A program made the position numbers and the translations under genes. From an uncultured Candidatus Micrarchaeota archaeon (GTDB lineage Archaea; Micrarchaeota; Micrarchaeia; Anstonellales; Anstonellaceae): a DNA stretch of 44,922 nt. The notes under the pieces are model-generated. The model saw only the letters and a list, made by a program, of their open reading frames with translations. It had not been told where the DNA came from and ran no database searches. The stretch is from assembly GCA_903923795.1 (NCBI GenBank), contig CAIXYX010000092.1, positions 1 through 44,922 of the forward strand. Direction: 5' to 3'. Shown here one piece after another: positions 9,300 to 18,072 of this stretch (position 1 is the stretch's first letter; every line of letters begins with the position of its first letter).

Positions 9300-10001
9300 T
9301 TAATTTATCGTCTTCTTCTCGCGCACCAAGTCATCGAATCTTTCGACCAGCTCGTAGTATTCCTTGGACTGCTGCTTCAGCGCCTCGATCTTGCTGTCCA
9401 AAGCCATGAAAACGCCTTCGTCGAGCTTTGAGCGGGAGGAATGTATCTGCCGGTGGATATTATCCAGATAAACGTAATGGGCATCGACAGTTGCGGCGTC
9501 ATCATGTATTTTCACCCACAACAGAGAATTCTTGAGCCTGGTCTTGCGACCGTTGCCATCTATGAATTCTTCGAGCGTTTTGATGTTGTCGGAGAGATCC
9601 TTCTCAAATGGATTGAGCCAGCTCTCGACGTTCTCGCGGATCTTCTCCGAGCGGTCCATCGAGCTTGGCCCATGGAGGAGGCCTTCTGTCTTGGATGAGG
9701 AGAGGGCGAGATTGAGGCGGGTGTTAATGAGAACAACGGCGTTCGGAATGGCGGCCACGCTCTTGGCGATGGTGACGACACGGGGATTGACCAGGTCTGA
9801 TTTCGCCCGGGCGGAAGAGTCTTTGACTGCGATGACATTTGACCTGAGCGCGAGATTCTGCATGGAAATGTTCGGGTTTTTGAGATTCAGTGCGGCGGTA
9901 TTGTTGTTCATGTCCATAACATCGCCTCTAATCCACTTTAGTTGTGTTTCACCGTCAATTCTTGTCGCCGTTCTTTTTCTGTGCCGTCTTTCTTCACTCA
10001 T
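9300..10001 (-). CDS. Hypothetical protein (233 aa) on the opposite strand inside the rib cluster
   Basis: Long ORF with no competing gene on the other strand. I recognise no motif. The start is uncertain (internal Met residues at MDMNNN). Confidence 0.5.
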   Translation of the reverse strand: MSEERRHRKRTATRIDGETQLKWIRGDVMDMNNNTAALNLKNPNISMQNLALRSNVIAVKDSSARAKSDLVNPRVVTIAKSVAAIPNAVVLINTRLNLALSSSKTEGLLHGPSSMDRSEKIRENVESWLNPFEKDLSDNIKTLEEFIDGNGRKTRLKNSLLWVKIHDDAATVDAHYVYLDNIHRQIHSSRSKLDEGVFMALDSKIEALKQQSKEYYELVERFDDLVREKKTIN

Positions 10002-10132
10002 TCCTCTTTTTCATGCCCCGACGAGGCCTTTGCATGCCCCCTCGTGACCTTCTTCATTGGGTGCAATCGAAATAATGAGAATTTATAAGCTTAAGTTCAG
10101 GTGTCGGGCTGGATGGCGGGCGGCGGCTGTGC

Positions 10133-10140
10133 TTTTATAT
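10133..10140 (+). promoter_or_regulatory. TATA box (TTTTATAT) upstream of the ribC-ribH-ribA-ribD operon
   Basis: It lies 55 nt before the TTG start at 10195. GAGGG (10183-10187) sits 7 nt before that start, so this operon appears to have a short SD-containing leader. Confidence 0.4.
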
Positions 10141-10194
10141 GCCGGATGCGCAAATTTGGATAGAGACAGATAGCAGAATAACGAGGGAAATGAT

Positions 10195-10695
10195 TTGAGC
10201 GCACATGTGAAAATCGGCGTGGTCGACACCACCTTCTCGACAGTGGATATGGGAGCCATAGCGCTGGACGAGTTGAAGAAGTCTTTTCCGAAAGTCCAGG
10301 TTATACGCCGAACCGTGCCCGGGTTCAAGGATTTGGCGGTCGAATGCCAGCGCTTGCTCAAAAACGAGAAATGCGATATCGCCCTCGCGCTCGGCATGGT
10401 AGGCTCTGCACTCATTGACACACAATGCGCACATGAAGCGAGCCTTGGCATACAGATGGCCAAGATGAACACCAGCAAGCATATTGTGGAAGTTTTCGTG
10501 CACATGAATGAGGCCAAGAAAAAGGAGGATGGCTCGATTGACGAAGCCGATCTTCTCGCGCTCTGCGAAGACCGCACCCGCAAACATGTGCATAATGCTG
10601 TTTGGCTCGTGACTGATCCGGAACAACTTGTCAAGAGAGCCGGAACCGGAAGACGGCAGGGAAGGGCAGACGTGGGCGGCGTGAAAAAGAAGTGA
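10195..10695 (+). CDS. ribC: Riboflavin synthase, archaeal type
   Basis: The N-terminus VKIGVVDTTFSTVDMGAIA matches the archaeal (MJ1184-type, lumazine-synthase-like) riboflavin synthase signature VGIVDTTFARVDM. The product is ~160 aa and lies adjacent to ribH. Confidence 0.85.
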   Translation: MSAHVKIGVVDTTFSTVDMGAIALDELKKSFPKVQVIRRTVPGFKDLAVECQRLLKNEKCDIALALGMVGSALIDTQCAHEASLGIQMAKMNTSKHIVEVFVHMNEAKKKEDGSIDEADLLALCEDRTRKHVHNAVWLVTDPEQLVKRAGTGRRQGRADVGGVKKK

Positions 10696-10707
10696 GAGGG
10701 AGAGATT

Positions 10708-11151
10708 ATGTCAAATTCACCAGCATCAAATAGCAAATCAATCGCCATTGCAGTGGCCGACTTCAACGACGACATCACCGCAAGAATGCTTGCGCAGGCC
10801 GAAGACGAGGCCAAGAAGAACAGTGCACACATAGTCAAAGTGATTCACGTGCCCGGCGCATATGATTTGCCGCTAATTGTTGCCACACTTCTCGAGCGTG
10901 ATGATGTGGAAGCTGTAGTTGCTTTGGGCGCAGTCATAAAGGGAGAGACAGACCATGATAAAGTGATTGTCAAAATCTGCGCAAAACAATTGAGCGATTT
11001 GGCCATCGAAACAAACAAGCCGGTTGGGATGGGCATCATCGGCCCCGGCGCGACGCACGCGCAGGCGCAGGCGAGAGCAGATGAGTATGCAAGAAGGGCG
11101 GTTTCGGCTGCATTGCGAGTCATTGATGCGCAAATGGAGGCGGAAGAATGA
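10708..11151 (+). CDS. ribH: 6,7-dimethyl-8-ribityllumazine synthase
   Basis: IAIAVADFNDDIT...HVPGAYDLPL...VVALGAVIKGETDHDKV is the typical lumazine synthase core. Its stop overlaps the ribA start (ATGA at 11148-11151). Confidence 0.9.
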   Translation: MSNSPASNSKSIAIAVADFNDDITARMLAQAEDEAKKNSAHIVKVIHVPGAYDLPLIVATLLERDDVEAVVALGAVIKGETDHDKVIVKICAKQLSDLAIETNKPVGMGIIGPGATHAQAQARADEYARRAVSAALRVIDAQMEAEE

Positions 11152-11786
11152 CCTCTTTAGCTGCTAATCAGAATCACCAGAACAACAAGGTCTGCAAATG
11201 CCACGAATTGGAATTAGTGGCCAAGACCACTCTGCCGAGCAAATACGGCAAATTCAACCTCTGGGCTTATCAGGAGAAAAAAGGCCCGACACATCTTGCT
11301 TTATTCACAGGCAAAGTGAAGGACGGGCGAGAGGTGCCGGTGCGAATACATTCCGAATGCGTCACAGGAGATGCGCTCGGCTCATTGCGGTGCGACTGCG
11401 GCCCGCAGTTGGAGGCGGCTCTGCGGTATATACAAGAGAACGGAGCGGGCGTGCTGATTCACATGGACCAGGAGGGGCGCGGCATAGGCTTGGCGAACAA
11501 GATGAGGGCTTACGCTTTGCAGGACAAGGGAATGGACACTGTGGAGGCCAATCTGGAACTTGGATTTGTCGAGGACAAGAGGGATTATTCTTCTGCCGCC
11601 TGCATATTGCACAATTTGGGCGTGAAGTCGGTTGTAATGCTCACAAATAATCCGAAAAAGATTGAAGCGATGAAAAAATGCGGAGTGAAGGTGGAGGGAC
11701 GAAAGCCGCTCGTCATGCCGATTCACCCGCTCAACAAACGGTATATGATGACGAAGCGGGACAAAATGGGCCACATGCTTGAGTGA
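11148..11786 (+). CDS. ribA: GTP cyclohydrolase II (bacterial type)
   Basis: RIHSECVTGDALGSLRCDCGPQL (zinc Cys triad), DQEGRGIGLANK and the ~200-aa size. Confidence 0.9.
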   Translation: MTSLAANQNHQNNKVCKCHELELVAKTTLPSKYGKFNLWAYQEKKGPTHLALFTGKVKDGREVPVRIHSECVTGDALGSLRCDCGPQLEAALRYIQENGAGVLIHMDQEGRGIGLANKMRAYALQDKGMDTVEANLELGFVEDKRDYSSAACILHNLGVKSVVMLTNNPKKIEAMKKCGVKVEGRKPLVMPIHPLNKRYMMTKRDKMGHMLE

Positions 11787-11821
11787 GCGGAGATTAATTG
11801 AGCGAAGGGGGCGGGCTGGAG

Positions 11822-13006
11822 ATGGAAAAACTGGATGATATTTTTTTCATGCGCCGCTGCCTCTCGCTGGCGAAGCTCGGCAGGCCAAGCCCGAACCCGT
11901 TCGTCGGCGCCGTAATTGTGCGGAATGGAAGAATAATCGGGAGTGGATGGCATCATGCGGCTGGAAAAAAACACGCCGAAGTCGAAGCTATTTTGGATGT
12001 TGAAAAGAAGTTTGGAAAATCAAAAGCCCGCTCTCTTCTCGCCTCATCGACTCTTTACGTTAATCTCGAGCCGTGCAATCATTTTGGACGGCAGCCGCCG
12101 TGCACGAAAGCAATTCTCGAGCATAATATTCCACGGGTGGTTTTCGCCATGCTGGACCCGAACCCAAATGTGCGGGGCGGAGGAGAAAAGAAATTGAGGG
12201 TGCATGGCATTCGCACTTCTTCTGGCGTGCTGGAAGATGAGGCGCGTGAGCTGAACAAGGCGTTTGCAAAACAGGCCACGACCGGCTTGCCTTATCTCAC
12301 CTTGAAGATGGCCCGCACAGCAGATGGAAGATATATTACTCATGCCGGCGAGCCGAGATGGATTTCCGGGCCGCAGGCGCGAAAGATGGTTCATCAGATG
12401 CGGGATAAAGCCGGCGCGCTCATTGTGGGCATAGGAACGGTTTTGGCCGATGACCCGCAGCTCACAACACGCTTGGCGGGAAAGGCGATTGGGCATGACC
12501 CGATGCGCGTCATCATCGACGAGGAATTGGAGATTCCGCTGAACGCCAAAGCGCTCAAGGACAAGAATGCGATGATTGTTTGCGGCCGAAGCGCGGCCGA
12601 TGGTGCGAAGAAGGCGAAAAAGAGACAGATAGAAAAGAAAAAGAGAATCAAGGTTTTCACGGCGCCGATTCTGCGAACCGCGAAAAAGGCATCAACCGGC
12701 CATCCGCTCCTCGACATTTCACATGTTTTGCGCCATCTGTCTGCGCGCGGCATCGACCACGTGCTGTGCGAGGGCGGGCCTTCTCTGGCAGCATCGTTGA
12801 TTGAAAACAAACTTGTGGATGAGCTGCTTTTGTTCACGGCGCCAAAGCGAAAGAAAAGCGCGGGCGGCAGGGCGGGCGGAATGAAAACATTTAAGCCGAC
12901 CGAATCCGAGCTTAGGCTCAATCGCGCAATCATCAAGCATATGAAAGCCGCTCTTGGGAAAAAAGTCGGGGCCGACCGTTTGAGCATATATCATCCGTCA
13001 GATTGA
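11822..13006 (+). CDS. ribD: Bifunctional diaminohydroxyphosphoribosylaminopyrimidine deaminase / 5-amino-6-(5-phosphoribosylamino)uracil reductase
   Basis: The deaminase zinc motifs are HAEVEA and PCNHFGRQPPC. The C-terminal reductase domain shows LTLKMARTADGR and GGPSLAASLIENKLVDELLLF. A Lys-rich insert (AKKAKKRQIEKKKRIK) is present. I prefer the ATG at 11822 to the TTG at 11798. Confidence 0.9.
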   Translation: MEKLDDIFFMRRCLSLAKLGRPSPNPFVGAVIVRNGRIIGSGWHHAAGKKHAEVEAILDVEKKFGKSKARSLLASSTLYVNLEPCNHFGRQPPCTKAILEHNIPRVVFAMLDPNPNVRGGGEKKLRVHGIRTSSGVLEDEARELNKAFAKQATTGLPYLTLKMARTADGRYITHAGEPRWISGPQARKMVHQMRDKAGALIVGIGTVLADDPQLTTRLAGKAIGHDPMRVIIDEELEIPLNAKALKDKNAMIVCGRSAADGAKKAKKRQIEKKKRIKVFTAPILRTAKKASTGHPLLDISHVLRHLSARGIDHVLCEGGPSLAASLIENKLVDELLLFTAPKRKKSAGGRAGGMKTFKPTESELRLNRAIIKHMKAALGKKVGADRLSIYHPSD

Positions 13007-13119
13007 TAGAATATCACCCGTAATCCGCCAGCCCATAACAACATTTATATTGAATAAGAATGATTTGTATTCCACTCATTGATTATCGGGCCTTTTGAAA
13101 AAGAGGCGGGTGGTTCTGC

Positions 13120-14571
13120 ATGAAATGGTCGTTCATATTCGCGTTTTTGGCCGTCGGTCTTCTCCTCCTCTCTGGCTGCACCATACTGCACACCCAAACA
13201 CAGGAATTCAAGGAGGACGGCACGTCGACAATGACACTCGATCACAAGTTAGCCATGCCGAACGCCGAGATGGACAAGCTGCGCACTCTCGTCAGCTCAA
13301 TGATTCCGATAAGTGACCTCAATTACCGCCTCGCGCAAAGGCTCATCCAGCGCTCGAATGAGGCGTATGCCGCGGCGCTCTGCGACAATATGAAGAACGC
13401 CACATGCACAGTCGGCGCGGACAACACGGTCCACGTAGTGGCGAACCTGGGACCGGACAGCGGATTGTACACCATAACGACCGCGAACGACACATCCAAC
13501 GCCTCGGCGCCGGTGGAAGTCAAGACTTACACAATCAACAAAATCCCGAGCGTGTATTACTTCTCGGCCCGCAACAAGACATCGAGCGAGTGGGGCCTCG
13601 GAGTGATAAAGAGCATCACCAACAAATTCAAGACCACGCTGCCGTCTGACATAGACTCGGTAATAACGGCCAATTACTACTGCATGGGCATGAGCCCGTA
13701 CTCGTGCGAGGTGATGGGCAACAGCGGCAACACCATCGACATAAATCTGAGCGCGACCTCGAGCGGCTTCTCTTCCCCAAGCAAACTGGTCTGGGCGGGC
13801 TGCAGCGCGCGCAACGAATCAGACATCAATGACATGAACGACACGGAGGCTGCTGCGGTCGTGACCAAGAAAGTCATGGTCGGCAAGACGCCGAACGCGG
13901 GCGGACTTGGCATATCGGTCGCCTGCCCGGGCGGCGCGAGCAACACCCTCGTTGTTGTGACCGAGAGCAAATACACGCCAGGATACAACACTGTCTACGC
14001 CTACTCTTTGCTGAACAAAGAGGCCATCAAGGCAGTGGCGTTGCTCTACCTCGACACGCTCGAGCAGAACGCGTTGAATCAGACGGTCAACAACACATAC
14101 ATTAAGGGCTCGACCCTCGACATGCTCACCCTTGATCTGGCGACCGGCAAATTCACCAATGCAAGCACCATCAAGGAGATGGATGATGGCATCCAGAAAT
14201 ACCAGACACAGACAGATACATACGGAATAGCCCTCGACGTGCAGGTGTCGTATTCCGCCCAATTCCCAGACCATGTGGCGAATGCCACGGGCGGGAGCGG
14301 CACGAGCATACCGGTGAGCAACAACAAGATAACGCTCACACTGCATGACCTGGCGCTTTTGGGCAAAGGCCCCATAGTGGTGAAGACCACCCGCCCGCTT
14401 CCGCCGTCGAACAACAAGATTTTCGGCATGGACCCCATCATCTTGTTCGGAGGCGCGATTGCCGGGCTGATAGTCATCGTCGGCCTTGTGCTTGTGCTCA
14501 CGCGCAGGCCGAAAGAGCCCGCCGGCACCCCCATGCCCCCGACAAGCTTTGCCGACACGGGACGGCGGTGA
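13120..14571 (+). CDS. Surface protein paralog 1 (lipobox-type signal peptide, Cys/sequon-rich ectodomain, C-terminal TM anchor)
   Basis: The signal peptide MKWSFIFAFLAVGLLLLSGC is followed by blocks shared with the next two paralogs (see findings). The C-terminal helix is ILFGGAIAGLIVIVGLVLVL, followed by a basic tail. Confidence 0.8.
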   Translation: MKWSFIFAFLAVGLLLLSGCTILHTQTQEFKEDGTSTMTLDHKLAMPNAEMDKLRTLVSSMIPISDLNYRLAQRLIQRSNEAYAAALCDNMKNATCTVGADNTVHVVANLGPDSGLYTITTANDTSNASAPVEVKTYTINKIPSVYYFSARNKTSSEWGLGVIKSITNKFKTTLPSDIDSVITANYYCMGMSPYSCEVMGNSGNTIDINLSATSSGFSSPSKLVWAGCSARNESDINDMNDTEAAAVVTKKVMVGKTPNAGGLGISVACPGGASNTLVVVTESKYTPGYNTVYAYSLLNKEAIKAVALLYLDTLEQNALNQTVNNTYIKGSTLDMLTLDLATGKFTNASTIKEMDDGIQKYQTQTDTYGIALDVQVSYSAQFPDHVANATGGSGTSIPVSNNKITLTLHDLALLGKGPIVVKTTRPLPPSNNKIFGMDPIILFGGAIAGLIVIVGLVLVLTRRPKEPAGTPMPPTSFADTGRR

Positions 14572-14581
14572 AGTAAAATCG

Positions 14582-14597
14582 TTTGTTTTATTTTTTC
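14582..14597 (+). terminator. Oligo-T tract after paralog 1
   Basis: TTTGTTTTATTTTTT lies 11 nt after the stop. Archaeal terminators are typically T-runs. Confidence 0.35.
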
Positions 14598-14662
14598 AAT
14601 TTAAATTTTGATTTTATTTTTCAAATTTAGAAGATGAACAATTGACGAATGGTGGTGGCTCT

Positions 14663-16138
14663 ATGAAATATCCGGTTTTGACATCGGTGTTCGCGCTTTG
14701 CGCATTGCTTCTGATAAGCGGTTGCGTCAACCTCAACCATGACACGACGCAGACTTTCAAATCCGACGGCACGTCGCAGCTGTCCATTGTGCACCAAATC
14801 GGCGTGAGCAAAGAGCTCGTCGGCGTGCTGGAAACATCAGTCAACAGCCAGGGCTACATGGGCTACGGCATACCAATCAAATACGTCGGATTGGCGGTCA
14901 AGCTGGTCGATTTGACGTTTGACAGCTATTCGAACACCATCTGCGATATGGCGAAGGGTTCGGCCAACTGCACGGTGGATTCGGAAGGCGCGGTGCATCT
15001 CACGGCGAACCTCAAGCCTGACACGGATTTCTACACAGTCAAAACCACCACAGACTGGGCAAATCTGCAGGAAGTCAAGACATATGAAATAGAGCGCGTG
15101 CCGACTGTCGCATACTTCGCGGCCAGCGGCAAGACCGGACGGGAATTCGGGCAGGCGTTTGTGAAGAAATTCGCCACACGCCTCAACGCCGGATTCGCGC
15201 CTCTCATAAACCAGTACATAGACACGGATTTCATCTGCATGCCGACCACGACCGGCAAGTATTCGTGCAGCGTGGTGTCCACAAGAAATGGCAATGCCCG
15301 ATTCAACATCACCAGCCCGATCTCCATCTACTCGATGTACTCGTCGAACCCGAAAGTCGTGTGGGCGGCATGCACGAACCACACCGAGGAGGAGCTGACC
15401 GACTTGGCGGGCTATCTGCCTGAGGGATATTATTACACAAAAGAAATCAACTCGAGCCTGCTGGCACCATATGTGCAGACCATCACACAGGTGGACAAGA
15501 CCCCGACATCGAAAGGCATCGACTTCACCGCTGCCTGCGCGGCAGACTCGAAGGGGCTTGTACTCGTCTATGAGGACTCGACATATGTGTATTCGGAGAA
15601 CTATTCTGACAGCATCGAGGTGCCGGTGAACAGCACCACATACATCCCCCTTATCTCGAAGGCGGATATTCTCGAGAATGTGTCGAGCGGATTGGACGAG
15701 CTCGCCAGCGACTCGGGCTTCACCTCGGCGACTGACAGATACGGGGCGAACATGTCGTATTACCTGCTCAACTTCGTAGATGGCAAATTAAGCCAGATGG
15801 ACTTTTCGGCCCTCAATGACACTTTGGGCAAGATGGAGGATGCGTCCAGCAAGGCCAACCTGAAAGTCAGCTTCACCTACTCCGCCCGCTTCCCCGACCA
15901 CGTGGTGAGCGCATATGTCGGCGAGAAGAAGGTGGCGCTTGACGGCGACGGCTTTATGCTCAATGTGGCGGACATGGCCGCTTTGGGCCGCGGGCGCATC
16001 ATAGTCAAAACCGAGCGCAGCCTCTCGCCATTCGGCGCGATGACATGGATGATTCCGATAGTTGTCATCCTGCTCGTCTTTGTATGGCTCGTTGTCAGAA
16101 AGGCCGCGGGCAAGGAGAAGAAAGAGAGGAAAAAATAA
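14663..16138 (+). CDS. Surface protein paralog 2
   Basis: MKYPVLTSVFALCALLLISGC, with GGTGGTGG just upstream of the ATG at 14663 (the track start is a TTG at 14642). It shares the conserved blocks and ends with the TM helix WMIPIVVILLVFVWLVV plus KKERKK. Confidence 0.8.
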   Translation: MKYPVLTSVFALCALLLISGCVNLNHDTTQTFKSDGTSQLSIVHQIGVSKELVGVLETSVNSQGYMGYGIPIKYVGLAVKLVDLTFDSYSNTICDMAKGSANCTVDSEGAVHLTANLKPDTDFYTVKTTTDWANLQEVKTYEIERVPTVAYFAASGKTGREFGQAFVKKFATRLNAGFAPLINQYIDTDFICMPTTTGKYSCSVVSTRNGNARFNITSPISIYSMYSSNPKVVWAACTNHTEEELTDLAGYLPEGYYYTKEINSSLLAPYVQTITQVDKTPTSKGIDFTAACAADSKGLVLVYEDSTYVYSENYSDSIEVPVNSTTYIPLISKADILENVSSGLDELASDSGFTSATDRYGANMSYYLLNFVDGKLSQMDFSALNDTLGKMEDASSKANLKVSFTYSARFPDHVVSAYVGEKKVALDGDGFMLNVADMAALGRGRIIVKTERSLSPFGAMTWMIPIVVILLVFVWLVVRKAAGKEKKERKK

Positions 16139-16151
16139 ACGGGGTGAGTCT

Positions 16152-16406
16152 ATGCAGGAGAAAAATGTCCCGAGCCAGGCAATAGGCCTCGGGGTTTTCG
16201 TCGGCAGCGTGATGTACACCAAGCTGCTCTTGGCCGCAATTCTCGCCATCAGCGCCATTTCTGACATAGCTCTGTACATCGGCAGGGGCGGGATGCTTCA
16301 GCTAATCATGCTGGGCTTGGTGAAATTCGCTTTCGCCGCCATAGTCTATATGGATGTCAAGAATTCCGAGAGGGCCATGGAAAAGGAGCTCGGACGGCGG
16401 AAATAA
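16152..16406 (+). CDS. Small 2-3 TM membrane protein (84 aa) embedded in the surface-protein array
   Basis: The ATG at 16152 is preceded by GGGGTGAG. The track ORF starts at 16062 but overlaps paralog 2. The product is hydrophobic (GLGVFVGSVMYTKLLLAAILAISAISDIALYIG...IMLGLVKFAFAAIVYM). Confidence 0.55.
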   Translation: MQEKNVPSQAIGLGVFVGSVMYTKLLLAAILAISAISDIALYIGRGGMLQLIMLGLVKFAFAAIVYMDVKNSERAMEKELGRRK

Positions 16407-16410
16407 GCCA

Positions 16411-16445
16411 AAAGCGCCGGGCTTTTCGTTTTTCTTTTTGTTTTT
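16411..16445 (+). terminator. Hairpin plus T-tracts after the small membrane gene
   Basis: The stem AAAGC-GCCGG-GCTTT is followed by TCGTTTTTCTTTTTGTTTTT. Confidence 0.4.
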
Positions 16446-16516
16446 CCATATTTTTCAAAGGTTTGCGGCGTTTCTCTCTGTTTTTTGGTTTTCTTCCCCA
16501 CGCCCCCAAGCTATCC

Positions 16517-16524
16517 ATTAAAAT
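16517..16524 (+). promoter_or_regulatory. TATA-like box (ATTAAAAT) 23-30 nt upstream of the ATG at 16547
   Basis: The spacing rule supports 16547 as the start of paralog 3. Confidence 0.4.
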
Positions 16525-16546
16525 GATTTATCCCCTTCTGCAAGCC

Positions 16547-17998
16547 ATGCGCATAAGTCTGGCCATACCCGCCCTCTTCGGCATAATCTTTAGCATGCTC
16601 CTGCTCTCGTCCGGCTGCATCACATACCGCACGCATGCCGAGCAGAATTTCACAAACAGCGGGGATTCGTCATTTCTCCTCGACGAGAGGCTGGGCATCG
16701 ACCAGAATATCAGCAATGGAGAATTCAGCCCGGCCATGTTCGGCGGGGATGTCGGGCCAGAGGCCAGCCGCATGATGATGCGGGGTTTCATCGGCTATTT
16801 CAACAACGGCACATATGCAAGGAGCATATGCGGGCGGATAAATGCGGGCATGAACTGCACAGTCACCCCCGATGGCGGCGTGCGCATATATGGCGCCATG
16901 CAGCCAGATGGAAGATTCTACGCATTCAATTCCACGCGAGACTGGCTCGAGCTCAAGCAGACTTACACATACACCATACGCCGCGTGCCCCTCGCCGGCT
17001 TTTTCGCATACGGGGACATGAACGATTCGGCGCGGGCGGAGGCGCAGAGGCAGAATCTGCGAGATTATCTCAACGCTTATGTGGACAAGCACATTGACGA
17101 GCTGCCGGACACGAGCTGCATCGGCGACTCTCCGCTCGGCTGCGGAGTGGAGCGCCAAGACAGAACTCTTGATGTCATGCTCACGCCGGGACAGGGGGCC
17201 GGTGCCGGCATTTTGCCGAACACGCGGGTGCTGCGCGCCATGTGCAGCTTCAAATCAATCGACCAATTCAGCGAAACGAAATATTTGGACGGCGGGGTGG
17301 ATTTGGGCGAGGCTGCCGCAGTCAACCGGACACTGTCTGACATCGGCTTGGCGGGATTGAGTATCCCCTGCGACCCCGGCACGCAGACCCTTGTTTTGGA
17401 AGTGCTCTATCCGGCCGGAATTGGCACGGGCGCGCCGGATTTGCTGGCATACCAACTCATAGACAGGCAAAAGATACAGTGGCAGTTGCATCAGGGACTG
17501 CTCGAGAATGGCACGACCATGGCCTCCATTTCCAAATACGCCAGCGGGTCATTCGGCGAGCAGACGGTCGATTTCATGGCCGGACAGATGCGCGGGCGCA
17601 ATTTCAAGGATTTGAACGCGATAAAAAATGCAGGCGCGGGCGGGCTTGGGGCGGACGTGCGCTTTGATTACGCCGTCCAGTTCCCCGACGGCACAATCAA
17701 TGCATCTGTGAATGGCCAGCCGCTTGACATGAGCGGGAATCGGGTGGTCATCGACCTGAAGCATCTGGCCGCTTATGGCAAAGGGGACGGGGTGAGGGTG
17801 GTGGTGGTGAATTACCTCTCGCCTCTTGGGCCATACACCTGGCTTGCCATCAACCTGCTGTTCTTGTTCATCATGGGCATAATCGTCGTGCTCAACGTGT
17901 CGAAATGGCGGCAGGCCTTCTCCAAGCCGTCACGCAAGATGATGGATAGGCCGGACTCGCCGAGGCCCGAGACGGGGGAGAGGCGCATCCGCAAGTAA
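16547..17998 (+). CDS. Surface protein paralog 3
   Basis: MRISLAIPALFGIIFSMLLLSSGC matches the signal-peptide length and lipobox of paralogs 1 and 2. Track ORF starts at 16463 and 16523 are also possible. The C-terminal TM helix is WLAINLLFLFIMGIIVVL, followed by a basic tail. Confidence 0.8.
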   Translation: MRISLAIPALFGIIFSMLLLSSGCITYRTHAEQNFTNSGDSSFLLDERLGIDQNISNGEFSPAMFGGDVGPEASRMMMRGFIGYFNNGTYARSICGRINAGMNCTVTPDGGVRIYGAMQPDGRFYAFNSTRDWLELKQTYTYTIRRVPLAGFFAYGDMNDSARAEAQRQNLRDYLNAYVDKHIDELPDTSCIGDSPLGCGVERQDRTLDVMLTPGQGAGAGILPNTRVLRAMCSFKSIDQFSETKYLDGGVDLGEAAAVNRTLSDIGLAGLSIPCDPGTQTLVLEVLYPAGIGTGAPDLLAYQLIDRQKIQWQLHQGLLENGTTMASISKYASGSFGEQTVDFMAGQMRGRNFKDLNAIKNAGAGGLGADVRFDYAVQFPDGTINASVNGQPLDMSGNRVVIDLKHLAAYGKGDGVRVVVVNYLSPLGPYTWLAINLLFLFIMGIIVVLNVSKWRQAFSKPSRKMMDRPDSPRPETGERRIRK

Positions 17999-18045
17999 AA
18001 TAGCCCCCGTCCTTTCGCCTCGCCTGTCACCGCCCCCGCAAAGCC

Positions 18046-18051
18046 TTTTAA
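18046..18051 (+). promoter_or_regulatory. TATA-like box (TTTTAA) 22-27 nt upstream of the ATG at 18073
   Basis: Recurrent spacing. Confidence 0.35.
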
Positions 18052-18072
18052 CGGCTGTTTGAGAATGTGAAG

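Noticed and set aside
10141-10194. Riboswitch in the rib operon leader
   Set aside because: The putative leader is only about 30-55 nt and contains just an SD-like GAGGG. There is no room for a structured aptamer.
16062-16151. Upstream extensions of the small membrane gene (start at 16062) and of paralog 3 (starts at 16463 and 16523)
   Set aside because: The 16062 extension overlaps the end of paralog 2 and is Arg/Ser-rich. For paralog 3, the TATA spacing and the signal-peptide length of the other paralogs favour 16547.
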